Shown: one piece after another, positions 7,681 to 16,478 of the stretch
How positions within the stretch are numbered: position 1 is the first letter of the stretch
How the letters are laid out: the number at the start of each line of letters is the position of its first letter
IMG/VR virus record: IMGVR_UViG_3300027762_000008
Location: 6,792 to 70,791 of that record
Strand: one strand, 5' to 3'
DNA length: 64,000 nt
From: a virus
The notes under the pieces: generated by a model
Databases searched by the model: none
The model's input: the letters and a program-made list of their open reading frames with translations, nothing else
Told to the model about the DNA's origin: nothing
Program-made: the position numbers and the translations under genes

Positions 7681-8211
7681 TTAAAGGTTAAGTAACTCTT
7701 GCGCCTTCGGGACTAAGGCGATCACTTTCTCTGCGTAACCCTTAACCGGACACCAGTTCTTCCCGATGTGCCGAAGGAATCCTTCAGTGTCGTTCGTATA
7801 CTTCTCCCATCCAGCATAATACGGACGGGTCAAGAATACCCGCCATCCTTTTACTGCCGAATCTACGTCATAAAATTGAGCGAAAACAGCTTTTCCTTCG
7901 ACTTCGGACGTGACAGGAACCTCTTTCGGAGTGGCGATTCCGTCGAGCTCTGAGCGATACTTCATGCCCCAGAAATTGAGACAGGTCTTGGCGACGAGGC
8001 TCTCGCCCCATCCGCTCTCGAGAGCTGCCTGGGCGAGACAGGCAATCTTCATGGAGCGGGACATGGAACTTCGCTGCAGAGCGGCAATGAGCTGCTCCCA
8101 GGGAGGCATCGTGATGGGAGTCGTAGAGATTTCCGCGAAGGAATCGGGAGCGAAGGTTATCAAGGCTTTGAGAATGAGTTCAGCTTTGTCACTGGTGGAC
8201 CGTATTTGCAT
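7681..8211 (-). CDS. GH73 glucosaminidase/muramidase (FlgJ-like)
   Basis: LAQAALESGWGES...LNFWGMK...FAQF motif; start set to MQIRST (ATG 8211, AAGGAG RBS). Confidence 0.88.
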   Translation of the reverse strand: MQIRSTSDKAELILKALITFAPDSFAEISTTPITMPPWEQLIAALQRSSMSRSMKIACLAQAALESGWGESLVAKTCLNFWGMKYRSELDGIATPKEVPVTSEVEGKAVFAQFYDVDSAVKGWRVFLTRPYYAGWEKYTNDTEGFLRHIGKNWCPVKGYAEKVIALVPKAQELLNL

Positions 8212-8271
8212 GGAGTTCTCCTTTGGGGTTACTCTCAAAGTATATCCGATTTCGTGCTCGCTTCCAACCGG

Positions 8272-8475
8272 CTATTTGAGTCCCTTTAGCTTCACCGGAG
8301 GTTTCACTTCCGGGACTTCTGGAGGAGGAGAATCGCCTCGCACCAGCGGATCTTTTGCGTAGCAGGTCTTGCAGAGAAGGCTGTAGCCTTTCTCAATCTC
8401 CCGCATGGACAAAGGTTTGGAACAGATGGGACAACTCAAATCTACGCCAGTAATCGGAAGCTCCGATGTTGACAC
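8272..8475 (-). CDS. small zinc-ribbon protein
   Basis: CPIC...CKTC motifs; GGAGG RBS. Confidence 0.6.
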   Translation of the reverse strand: MSTSELPITGVDLSCPICSKPLSMREIEKGYSLLCKTCYAKDPLVRGDSPPPEVPEVKPPVKLKGLK

Positions 8476-8548
8476 GATAGGTATTCCTCCGAGGGATTAC
8501 TTTCAGTATACCAGACTCGGAAGAACAATCGGCAGTGTCAGTAAATAC

Positions 8549-9439
8549 TCAAAGAAACTCTTTAGTTTGCAGCAGGAATTTGGCTAAGGATACGTATTCA
8601 TGTCCGTATGAATTTTTCTGACATCCACGTTCAATTTCTTCTCCTATCCATGCATTGCCGGGGGATTCCCAGGATTCCATGCAGGTAGCTAGATCCTCGG
8701 CAATAGGCAGAAATTCTTTGTGGTTGGCAACAGCGTGTGCTGTGCGAAGGAACAAGCTGTGGGGAAATCTTCTGGCAAGAACTGCCGCTGCTTTCGCATG
8801 CCCCGTAGTCAAGGTTCCCAAATGTGCGTGCAGCATGATTTTTCTTGACACTAAATGAGCTTGGTATCCGGGTGGAACGGTGTTTGCTTCTGTTTGGATC
8901 GTCCAGTCATTCACTGTTTTTTCAGCTTGAGAAATTGGGGTTTTCAGCAATATTTTTACGAGTTCCAAGACTCCGCCAGTCAGATTGCATCTATCGTCAC
9001 CTGGGCAGAGTCTTCCGGTGCGTTCGATATATCGCATGGCAGACTTGAGCGAATCGGAGGTATGGGCAGCGGATCCTTCAAGCAGCCCTAGGAGCTGATC
9101 TCGGGAAAAGGAGTTCATGTCGGTGCCACCCACTCGTTTCGGATTTCTCCACGGGCGACCATCTTCTCCGATACTTTTCTCAATCAAGCTCCACGAACCC
9201 AAGTTTCCGTACAGCAGCGTCCAGCCCGTCATTGAGACTGCGTCACCCTCTACGATGCATTCGATGTTCGGGCGGCGAGCAGGAGCTGCTCCGTCACACG
9301 TCCAAGCAAGGAGCGACGTCATGCGCGTTATTTGCGCCTGCAGCCGCTCGGACACAATCTGTGGGATAGAGGGTTTGGTTTCCTGAATGCCGCAGCTATT
9401 CAGAAGCCACAACATCCCCAGCATCTGGAGGAGTTTCAT
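8549..9439 (-). CDS. predicted lipoprotein, helical domain of unknown function
   Basis: Start at ATG 9439 (GGAG RBS) gives MKLLQMLGMLWLLNSC, a signal peptide II/lipobox; internal motif DGRPWRNP...NSFSRDQLLGLL. Confidence 0.75.
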   Translation of the reverse strand: MKLLQMLGMLWLLNSCGIQETKPSIPQIVSERLQAQITRMTSLLAWTCDGAAPARRPNIECIVEGDAVSMTGWTLLYGNLGSWSLIEKSIGEDGRPWRNPKRVGGTDMNSFSRDQLLGLLEGSAAHTSDSLKSAMRYIERTGRLCPGDDRCNLTGGVLELVKILLKTPISQAEKTVNDWTIQTEANTVPPGYQAHLVSRKIMLHAHLGTLTTGHAKAAAVLARRFPHSLFLRTAHAVANHKEFLPIAEDLATCMESWESPGNAWIGEEIERGCQKNSYGHEYVSLAKFLLQTKEFL

Positions 9440-9563
9440 TCTTGATCTCCCTGATTTCAGATTCCATTCCCCGAATGAGGTTGGCGACTTCTTGGTACGG
9501 GCGGGTAACGAGATAGTTACCAATGGCAGACAACAAATTCTCTGGGACTGAAAATTGCTTCAC
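9396..9563 (-). CDS. 55-aa protein of the type found after tail-fibre genes (possible fibre chaperone)
   Basis: Not in the ORF track. GTG start with AAGGAG RBS; MKQFSVPENLLSAIGNYLVTRPYQEVANLIRGM... carries the YLxxRPYxEVxxLI motif. Confidence 0.65.
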   Translation of the reverse strand: MKQFSVPENLLSAIGNYLVTRPYQEVANLIRGMESEIREIKNETPPDAGDVVASE

Positions 9564-9574
9564 GTCGGGACTCC

Positions 9575-12500
9575 TTATGCTGGATTAGAAACTGAATCAA
9601 CTGTTCCGCCGATAATGCAGACGCGGATAGACTTTGTGCTACCATATTTGTTTTTGATTGTGAAGTCATTCGAGGTCGCACTTTTATATACGGCATACGT
9701 ACTTCCCGTGTCGGTTATTTCGAAAATAGAGGAAGGGTCAGCAATCTCAACAACGGTCGCTGAAATATAACTCAGGAAAAACGTACCTGAGTTACCGCTA
9801 TTGTCTGTTATCACAACCATGTAGCCTGTGGAGCCGCCGTTCATTGTTACTGTGATGGCTTGACCAGTCGTGAGCGTTGTCGCCGTATTACTTGTGTTCA
9901 TGCCGACGGAAGCGACGTGTGCAGAAGCTCCAGCAGAAGAAGCTCCAACTATGCGGGTAGCGTTTGCCGCAGGCCCAAGTGTCCATGCGCCTGCATTTGA
10001 TATACCTCCTAGATTAGTAAAAGCAGAGTCATTCGCTGACGAATAAAAGGTTAATATGGTTCCGGATGGCTGTATTGCCCAAACGTTATTAGTAGCGTCT
10101 ATTGTTCCGCTATTAATCCACTTTAACATCGGATAAGAGCCAGCCCCATCATTTCTTAATAACTTAACAAGTGATCCATTTACTGTATGTGTCAAAGCTC
10201 CACTGCTACTAGGTCCAAGCGTCCACGCACCTGCATTTGACATGGAGCCAAGATTGTTAGTAATGAGTCCCTTTTTTAAGTCTGCCGTAGAAGAGGAACC
10301 AAATACTAAACCGTCGAAGCCAGCAGTAGCTCCCGTGCCGATTGCAACATAATTAGTTCCATAACACGCAGCAGCCAGAGAAATTCTTCCTTTGGTAGCA
10401 GTTCCTCCAATAGTTCCGTAAACCGATTGAAAGAGAAACGGTGTTCTTGTCGTGTCTTCATTCACTGAAGCATCGGTGGGCATGGTGTAGTCGGCATTGG
10501 TTTGCTTGTTGGCAATGGCAAATACGCCGTTACTTGTGTGTGTGGCGGTAGCTGTGGTGCCGCTCGCTCCAAGCGTCCATGCTCCTACTGCTGAAACTTT
10601 GCCCACTTCATCTGCGTCAGCATCCACACCATCATTATCTTGATTTGCATAAAAATAGATAACAGCAGTAGCATCATTTGCGTTCGCCTGACATTCGATT
10701 GCTCCACCGGTATATGTAGCTTCTGCGCGACCATCTCTCGACCCGGACGTTACTCTACAGTTTGAGTAAATTCCCGTTGTGGAGTTTGGAACCAGCGTTG
10801 ACACTGGGGTTGATGCCAACATGTTGAAGCCGGTTCCGTTAGCTGGCCCCAGCGTCCATGCGCCTGCATTTGACACTAAACCTAATGCCTGTGTATAGGA
10901 AGATAGAGCCGCTGGTGTTCCAGAAGCGTCTCCATTTGTGGCCCTAAACTCAAAAGAGTTCTGAGCAGCTAATGTTCCCATGAACAGGGCCGTCGCACGG
11001 ACGTTTGTTCCTGTTGTGTACGCCACGTAGCTATTAGCAGACTGCGATGCTGAATAAAGATTCTGTCCTATTACTAGACCTGTTCCGGAATACTGCGAGG
11101 ATATGGTGGCGGCATAGGAGGAATTTCCAATTCTCATATGATTTACGCCACTAGACGAACTTCCGGTAAGGGTCAGAACGGTTGGAAGGTCTACTCCACC
11201 GGGCCCAAGCGTCCATGCGCCTGCGGATGAATATTTGCCTATATCAGTAGAACCGGCGTAGAAGGTAAGTTGCTTTGCAGCTCCGATGTATGATAAAGAG
11301 CTTATCCAGTTTTCTGACCCGTCTGCCTTGCTTCCTATTCTTACGATACCACCATTACCTGCTGTTGCGTTTTCAGCATCAAACGAGACAATAAAGTCTC
11401 CAAATGCACTTCCTTGTTCACCGCGAAGAATATGCCCGACAGTGCTTACCCCGCTCGGCCCAAGCGTCCATGCGCCTGCCGTTGTAGAATAGGCATGGAC
11501 ATTCGTTCCATCTGCAGATAACTGTAATTGAGCGGTGCTTGTAATATGCCCAATGGAAAACTTTGCTGTATCCGCGAAAAGGTCTACACGAGCGCCGCCG
11601 CCTGCAGAGCCCGTGATACTAATTCTGGATGCTGCTCCGGTTGCGCCGAAAGCGCCAGATAAGCCAGTGCCGCTAGCTGCTACCGTTGCGTCTTTGAGCA
11701 GAACACCATCAACCGTCACGCCAGCCGCAGAGGTGTACTCACTGATGGTGTCCGCCGCGACGCTAACCGCGAACTTTTCAGCCAAAGCATGATATTGCCC
11801 CGCTACGGCAATTCTGCGGGTGTTCCCAGCTTCTGCTGTGTTCAGCACCGTGGTTCCGTTGCGTGTGTAGGCTCCTCCTGCAGCAAGGTATCGATACCAA
11901 GTATCGGTTGAGAAAACGTAACTGATCGTGGCGTCTTTCCCGCTCGCCGCTTCTGCTGCAGTCACGTCTGTAAATCGATTTGCCGCTACCTGATCCCAAT
12001 TGGCCGCATCGGTGGCCCACGCAGCCGATGCCGTGTGCGCGGTGTTCGCTCTCCATATGCCGCTATTGAAGAGAACCACATTCCCAATCCGATACGTGCG
12101 CCCGGTAGTCCATGCTTGCAGTGAGTCGTAATCGTCCAGGCGGTCGAGAGCGAGCTGTACACTCGTTTCTGTTGCGCTAAGCTCTCCGTTGAAGTTTGAA
12201 GTATCTGTGGTGACCGTTCCAGCGGAGGAGCTTGAACCACTCGCGAAGTTTACACCGGATACTTGCTTGGCTGGAGTTACTGTAGTTATCGTTCCAGTAG
12301 TGAGAGAATTTCCAGCTCCACCTTGCATTGTGATGAAACCAAGATTGATTACTTCCAAACCTCCGCTGGCGACTGTCGGAAAAGACGCAACTGTGTTGGC
12401 TATGATCTGGTTGGCCGCAGCCGATGGACCATTGTGCTCTACGCTATCTGGAACAAGAATATATTGCGCTATCTGATCCCCAGCCGAATCACTTAGGTTG

Positions 12501-14155
12501 TTACTGGCATAGACCCCGACTCGCATGTTGACGTATTTGCCGTTGGTAATTCCAACAAAAGAAGTTCCACTTTGCCTACCGCTAGGTATTGTGGTACTTC
12601 CGGAATTATAGAAGGTGGCCCCACTAGCTCCCGTGTACAAAACTTTAATGGAAATTGGGTCTACACCACTATCGGCAACCGTAGTATTCAATCCATGATC
12701 AAAATAGGTGGAAGCTCCCACCATTTTTACGGTTCGACTACCTGCCACCAAAACCGTTAAAACGGCATTCGAATCGTTCTTAAGTGTAGATCCTTTGGCA
12801 TTATGTTCATATGACGACACATCTGCCGGGAACGACACGGGATGCGTTTGTTTACTTACCGCATAATTGGTGCCGTCGGAATATATGGAAAATAGTAAAA
12901 TCTTATCACTAAAAGATGGATCGGTTGTCTGCTGGATTAGTCCATCATCGTCAATGTAAATGAAATACGCCGTAAAGTCAGCAGGAAGGGTCACAGTCTG
13001 GGGCACTGCCCACGATACTGGAGAGGAGCGGACAAGACCGATTCCCGCTCGTAATACTGTGAACTCTCTTGTTCCAGCGTTGTAGGAATAATAGGCTCCT
13101 GTTCCAGACCATTGGACAAAACCAGACTGAGATAGATCGTATGGAGTCACAACGCAAAGACCAGATCCGGTCTTTCCGTAGTTTCCCTCCATGCTCATAA
13201 GCCAATCTTTTTGAGTGTCCGTTGCGCCCACGATAGATGCGTAAATGTTGGCAAAACCTGTGATCCTCATCGAACAACTGCTTGTGGTAAACGTTCCAGA
13301 GTTTCCACTTGTGTCGAGACACGTGCCATTAGCGGTACCGCCGCTGACTCCCTGCAAAACAAAACTACAATTCGATATAAGTCGCGGATAAACAGATGCA
13401 GATAGGATGCAAAAACCTTCTACTGTTCCAGAGAAGGCAGCCTTGGTGTTTATCACTGTGAGGTTATTTGCGTAGAAGTTCAGGCTTGCATCTGCTGAGT
13501 TCTCATAGCACTTAAGAAAGCCTGAAGCTGATGCCGCTTGCAATAGTATGGTACTATTGGTGAAGAAAATTCCCTGTTGTGTTGAAGTTCCACTCGTGGC
13601 GAGAGCATTGATAGCTTTAGTTGATCCGTCAAAGGTACTGGTTACAACCACATAGCATGCAAAAAAGCTACTTCCATAAGGGCTAGTTGTCTGTGCGAGC
13701 GATACTGCGTTAAAGGCATAATCTCCGGCTGTAGTAACGTTCACAAAGTAGTCGTTTGCGAGAATTGAGCCTGTGGCGTTCAGTGCGCTCTGTCCATCTG
13801 CTGTAATGGTGTACGAATGGTTAATACGATTGAGCAGAACCCACTCTAATCCGGTTGTGGTTGACGTGATCGTTCCCACAATCGTAGGAGCTGCCGGCCC
13901 ATTGCCTTTCCCTACTAGAGCCACGTAAGGTTTTAGCGTGATATTCTCCACATACGTCCCTGAATAAATCTCAATGACGTATGGTTTATTGATGGCGGCA
14001 TCTGTAACGGCATTAATCGCGGATTGAATGGAGGTATACTGTGCGCCTCCGGCTGCACATACGGTTACTGTTTGTGCCTTGTCCATTGGAAAGCGATCAA
14101 TGTAGCCAGTACTAGCGTTATAGACGTAACGGGAGGGGGATGGTGCGATAGTCAT
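9575..14155 (-). CDS. tail fibre/tailspike with N-terminal pectin-lyase-like beta-helix, CBM5/12-like module and GAWTLG-delimited modules
   Basis: 1526 aa, G/S/T/A-rich. YTSIQSAINA...IEIYSGTYVENI (beta-helix cap); AWTTGRTYRIGNVVLFNSGIWRA (CBM-like); six GAWTLG repeats. Confidence 0.85.
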   Translation of the reverse strand: MTIAPSPSRYVYNASTGYIDRFPMDKAQTVTVCAAGGAQYTSIQSAINAVTDAAINKPYVIEIYSGTYVENITLKPYVALVGKGNGPAAPTIVGTITSTTTGLEWVLLNRINHSYTITADGQSALNATGSILANDYFVNVTTAGDYAFNAVSLAQTTSPYGSSFFACYVVVTSTFDGSTKAINALATSGTSTQQGIFFTNSTILLQAASASGFLKCYENSADASLNFYANNLTVINTKAAFSGTVEGFCILSASVYPRLISNCSFVLQGVSGGTANGTCLDTSGNSGTFTTSSCSMRITGFANIYASIVGATDTQKDWLMSMEGNYGKTGSGLCVVTPYDLSQSGFVQWSGTGAYYSYNAGTREFTVLRAGIGLVRSSPVSWAVPQTVTLPADFTAYFIYIDDDGLIQQTTDPSFSDKILLFSIYSDGTNYAVSKQTHPVSFPADVSSYEHNAKGSTLKNDSNAVLTVLVAGSRTVKMVGASTYFDHGLNTTVADSGVDPISIKVLYTGASGATFYNSGSTTIPSGRQSGTSFVGITNGKYVNMRVGVYASNNLSDSAGDQIAQYILVPDSVEHNGPSAAANQIIANTVASFPTVASGGLEVINLGFITMQGGAGNSLTTGTITTVTPAKQVSGVNFASGSSSSAGTVTTDTSNFNGELSATETSVQLALDRLDDYDSLQAWTTGRTYRIGNVVLFNSGIWRANTAHTASAAWATDAANWDQVAANRFTDVTAAEAASGKDATISYVFSTDTWYRYLAAGGAYTRNGTTVLNTAEAGNTRRIAVAGQYHALAEKFAVSVAADTISEYTSAAGVTVDGVLLKDATVAASGTGLSGAFGATGAASRISITGSAGGGARVDLFADTAKFSIGHITSTAQLQLSADGTNVHAYSTTAGAWTLGPSGVSTVGHILRGEQGSAFGDFIVSFDAENATAGNGGIVRIGSKADGSENWISSLSYIGAAKQLTFYAGSTDIGKYSSAGAWTLGPGGVDLPTVLTLTGSSSSGVNHMRIGNSSYAATISSQYSGTGLVIGQNLYSASQSANSYVAYTTGTNVRATALFMGTLAAQNSFEFRATNGDASGTPAALSSYTQALGLVSNAGAWTLGPANGTGFNMLASTPVSTLVPNSTTGIYSNCRVTSGSRDGRAEATYTGGAIECQANANDATAVIYFYANQDNDGVDADADEVGKVSAVGAWTLGASGTTATATHTSNGVFAIANKQTNADYTMPTDASVNEDTTRTPFLFQSVYGTIGGTATKGRISLAAACYGTNYVAIGTGATAGFDGLVFGSSSTADLKKGLITNNLGSMSNAGAWTLGPSSSGALTHTVNGSLVKLLRNDGAGSYPMLKWINSGTIDATNNVWAIQPSGTILTFYSSANDSAFTNLGGISNAGAWTLGPAANATRIVGASSAGASAHVASVGMNTSNTATTLTTGQAITVTMNGGSTGYMVVITDNSGNSGTFFLSYISATVVEIADPSSIFEITDTGSTYAVYKSATSNDFTIKNKYGSTKSIRVCIIGGTVDSVSNPA
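9972..11485 (-). repeat. six ~29-bp in-frame direct repeats within the tail fibre gene
   Basis: Plus-strand consensus GGCCCAAGCGTCCATGCGCCTGC(ATTTGA) starting at 9972, 10212, 10566, 10845, 11202 and 11457. Confidence 0.9.
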
Positions 14156-14166
14156 GTGCTAACTCC

Positions 14167-14886
14167 TTAAGTCGCTGCGATAGAAACGAGCACTGCCTTT
14201 GTGGCGTCGGTATACGATACAGTTACCGTCTTCTGTGTCGTTCCACCAGAACCACCTGTCTTATACACCCACGTTTCAGTCGCTCCACCATCGGTGTATC
14301 CGACATAATCGAATTTCTTTGGTACGAAGGAACCGGTAAGTCTGTCGGACAAGATCGTTTCAATGTCTCCAATATCCGTGGCAATGTTTCCTGTGTCTGT
14401 AGATATGTCTCCGGTGTCGGTTTCAATATTCCCGACAGCGGTATCTATGTCGGAAAGAGTTGCTTCGGTTGCAAATCCAGAAGCAGAGATGTTAGCTCTA
14501 GGTACGATAGTTCCATCAGTATTAAATGTTCGATATGCTTTGGAGATATAAAATGTATCTCCTGCTCCGAGGGGGGTAAGCGATAATCTGACCGTAGGAG
14601 ATATGATTCCAGAGTTCTCATTAATCCACACGGCCCAAGTTCCTGTGGCATTCACTGTTCCCGTGACCGAGGCAGTCACCGGCACCCAGGAGAGCCCTCC
14701 GTCCAGGGATTCTTCGATAGATAGATCCGCAGTAGCTCCTACCGACAAAGCGGATACGACTACGGACACCTTCAATGTCGTGGTGTCGTTTCCAGAAATT
14801 GCCCCCAAGCTGACGTGCAAGGGGGTGGTGTCTGAGATGATCCTCTGGTAATTTTCCAGCTTCAGTTCAATCAGTTGATATGACAT
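14167..14886 (-). CDS. virion structural protein (beta-sandwich plus heptad stalk)
   Basis: IEESLDGGLSWVPV motif; repeating DTG(N/D)I heptads; AGGAGG RBS. Confidence 0.7.
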   Translation of the reverse strand: MSYQLIELKLENYQRIISDTTPLHVSLGAISGNDTTTLKVSVVVSALSVGATADLSIEESLDGGLSWVPVTASVTGTVNATGTWAVWINENSGIISPTVRLSLTPLGAGDTFYISKAYRTFNTDGTIVPRANISASGFATEATLSDIDTAVGNIETDTGDISTDTGNIATDIGDIETILSDRLTGSFVPKKFDYVGYTDGGATETWVYKTGGSGGTTQKTVTVSYTDATKAVLVSIAAT

Positions 14887-14896
14887 CGCAACCTCC

Positions 14897-15328
14897 TTAC
14901 TTCAAGCCACGAATGGTTCGGTAAACAGACGTAAACGTCGCCCCTGATGCAGCCCCGGCCACCACTTTGAAGCGCACATACGGCTTAATGGTGGATCCAA
15001 CCGAAGGAGCCTGGGGAGCAATCAGATGCACCGCCGTTGGACTTCCAATGGTGCCGCTTCCGGCAGTCCCAAAGTTTACGGGCCCGTCCACGTCCGTCCA
15101 GGCCGCGTCCGGCGCATTGGGCGTAGTGGCATCCTGCAGCGTGATTTCCACGTCATTCGCCCCGTATCGGGTTCCGATAAACGTGGAGAACACTCCGTGT
15201 ACCGAGTCGAGATGGGAAATAGTGTCTACACCGAAGTATTTTGTCTCTCCGGCAGCGACCACTACGATTTCGGCATCCGAACCATACGTCTTGCTGAGAA
15301 TCGACTTAGACCCGAAAAACCATGACAT
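14897..15328 (-). CDS. virion structural protein (beta-sandwich)
   Basis: 143 aa, beta-rich; resembles the N-terminal domain of 14167-14886. Confidence 0.65.
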   Translation of the reverse strand: MSWFFGSKSILSKTYGSDAEIVVVAAGETKYFGVDTISHLDSVHGVFSTFIGTRYGANDVEITLQDATTPNAPDAAWTDVDGPVNFGTAGSGTIGSPTAVHLIAPQAPSVGSTIKPYVRFKVVAGAASGATFTSVYRTIRGLK

Positions 15329-15329
15329 A

Positions 15330-15830
15330 CTAGCTTCCTTTCAATTTCTTCAACTCTTCTTCCAAAGCCTCTACCGACTTGGAAGCAAGGTGTTTAGGAA
15401 TGTTGGCAGTTATCTTGAGATTCTGTTGTACCTTTTGTTCCTTCTTTCGTTCCGACTTAAGCAGCAGCTCTGCCGCTTTGAACTTAATCATCAACGTCTT
15501 GGAATCCATATCCGGATCGCTGGGGTCAAGGTCCAGTAGGTCAATGACAGTTTCAGCAGCTTTTGTCTTCGCCTTATGCATGGCGATTATGAACGTGTCA
15601 GGAGTTAAGAGCCACTCAAAGAACCCCGGGATAAGACACCACGCTTCTATCTCCGCCAACTTAAAGGGCGATATGTATGGGATCAGCGCAGAAAGGTCAT
15701 CTTCAGTTATCCGCCCCAAGAAGTTCGGAGGGGTTCGTTCGTGCAGTGCGAGCTTGAGAGTAATCTGTCTGTCTGATGGCACAAAAGAAGCCATTTCGTT
15801 TACCGTAAGTATGTCGATTTCACGGGTCAT
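15330..15830 (-). CDS. putative terminase small subunit
   Basis: Start MTREID. WCLIPGFFEW HTH end, helical hairpin ending KAAELLL and a SVEALEEEL tail, a typical TerS layout; lies close to TerL. Confidence 0.5.
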   Translation of the reverse strand: MTREIDILTVNEMASFVPSDRQITLKLALHERTPPNFLGRITEDDLSALIPYISPFKLAEIEAWCLIPGFFEWLLTPDTFIIAMHKAKTKAAETVIDLLDLDPSDPDMDSKTLMIKFKAAELLLKSERKKEQKVQQNLKITANIPKHLASKSVEALEEELKKLKGS

Positions 15831-15904
15831 GGTATACTGCCTATGTACTGTCTGTTGGGAATCTGGTAAGCTGCCAACTATGAGCCTACCACAGGAGGGA
15901 CCGA

Positions 15905-16201
15905 ATGACCATTCGAGACAAAGTGACAACTGAGGGGGGCAACCGGGGCTACCGCATGATGCGGTCTAAGATAGCTAAAGACAAGAACGGCTACGGCAAA
16001 GTAGTCAGTGTTGCCCGGGAAAAACTGATGCAGAAACTGGGCAAAGACCCTGGATATAATGTTGTCGCTGCCCATGACAAACCGGGTTCTCACTTTGAGA
16101 AGGATGGCGGGGAGTTCGACCCGGCTACCCGGTCGGAGAATACGGCCGAATCGAATAAGCTGCGCAAATTCAAGAAAAAACTGAAGGAGAAGAAACAATG
16201 A
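15905..16201 (+). CDS. small basic protein, possible degenerate HNH
   Basis: AREKLM...VVAAHD...RSENT pattern loosely resembles packaging-associated HNH proteins. Confidence 0.45.
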   Translation: MTIRDKVTTEGGNRGYRMMRSKIAKDKNGYGKVVSVAREKLMQKLGKDPGYNVVAAHDKPGSHFEKDGGEFDPATRSENTAESNKLRKFKKKLKEKKQ

Positions 16202-16473
16202 GCTTTTCGGACATTTGGTTCCATGATGATGAGAAGGTTGGCGGTTCTCAGACCAAGGAAGAGAACCAGAAAGTCGTTAAACGGTCACACCTTAAGAACC
16301 TCGTTGGCAAGCACACAGCACCCTTAGCCCGTCCTTCTGCCTTTGAGGCTCGTAAGCTTCTGCAGAAGAAGATGGTGAAGAAGGCCGAAAAAGACGAAGA
16401 GAGCAAGAAGAATAAGAAGAATCTTAAGCAAGTAATTATGGCGCAGCAGTGTGGTAAATCGACCAGAGAGTAG
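16198..16473 (+). CDS. Lys-rich hypothetical protein
   Basis: ATGA overlap with the upstream gene; AAGGAG RBS. Confidence 0.6.
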   Translation: MSFSDIWFHDDEKVGGSQTKEENQKVVKRSHLKNLVGKHTAPLARPSAFEARKLLQKKMVKKAEKDEESKKNKKNLKQVIMAQQCGKSTRE

Positions 16474-16478
16474 GATTC

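Noticed and set aside
9972-11485. Shufflon or diversity-generating retroelement in the tail fibre
   Set aside because: All repeats are direct, with no inverted cassettes. No invertase or reverse transcriptase was seen, and there is no template/variable repeat pair differing at adenines.
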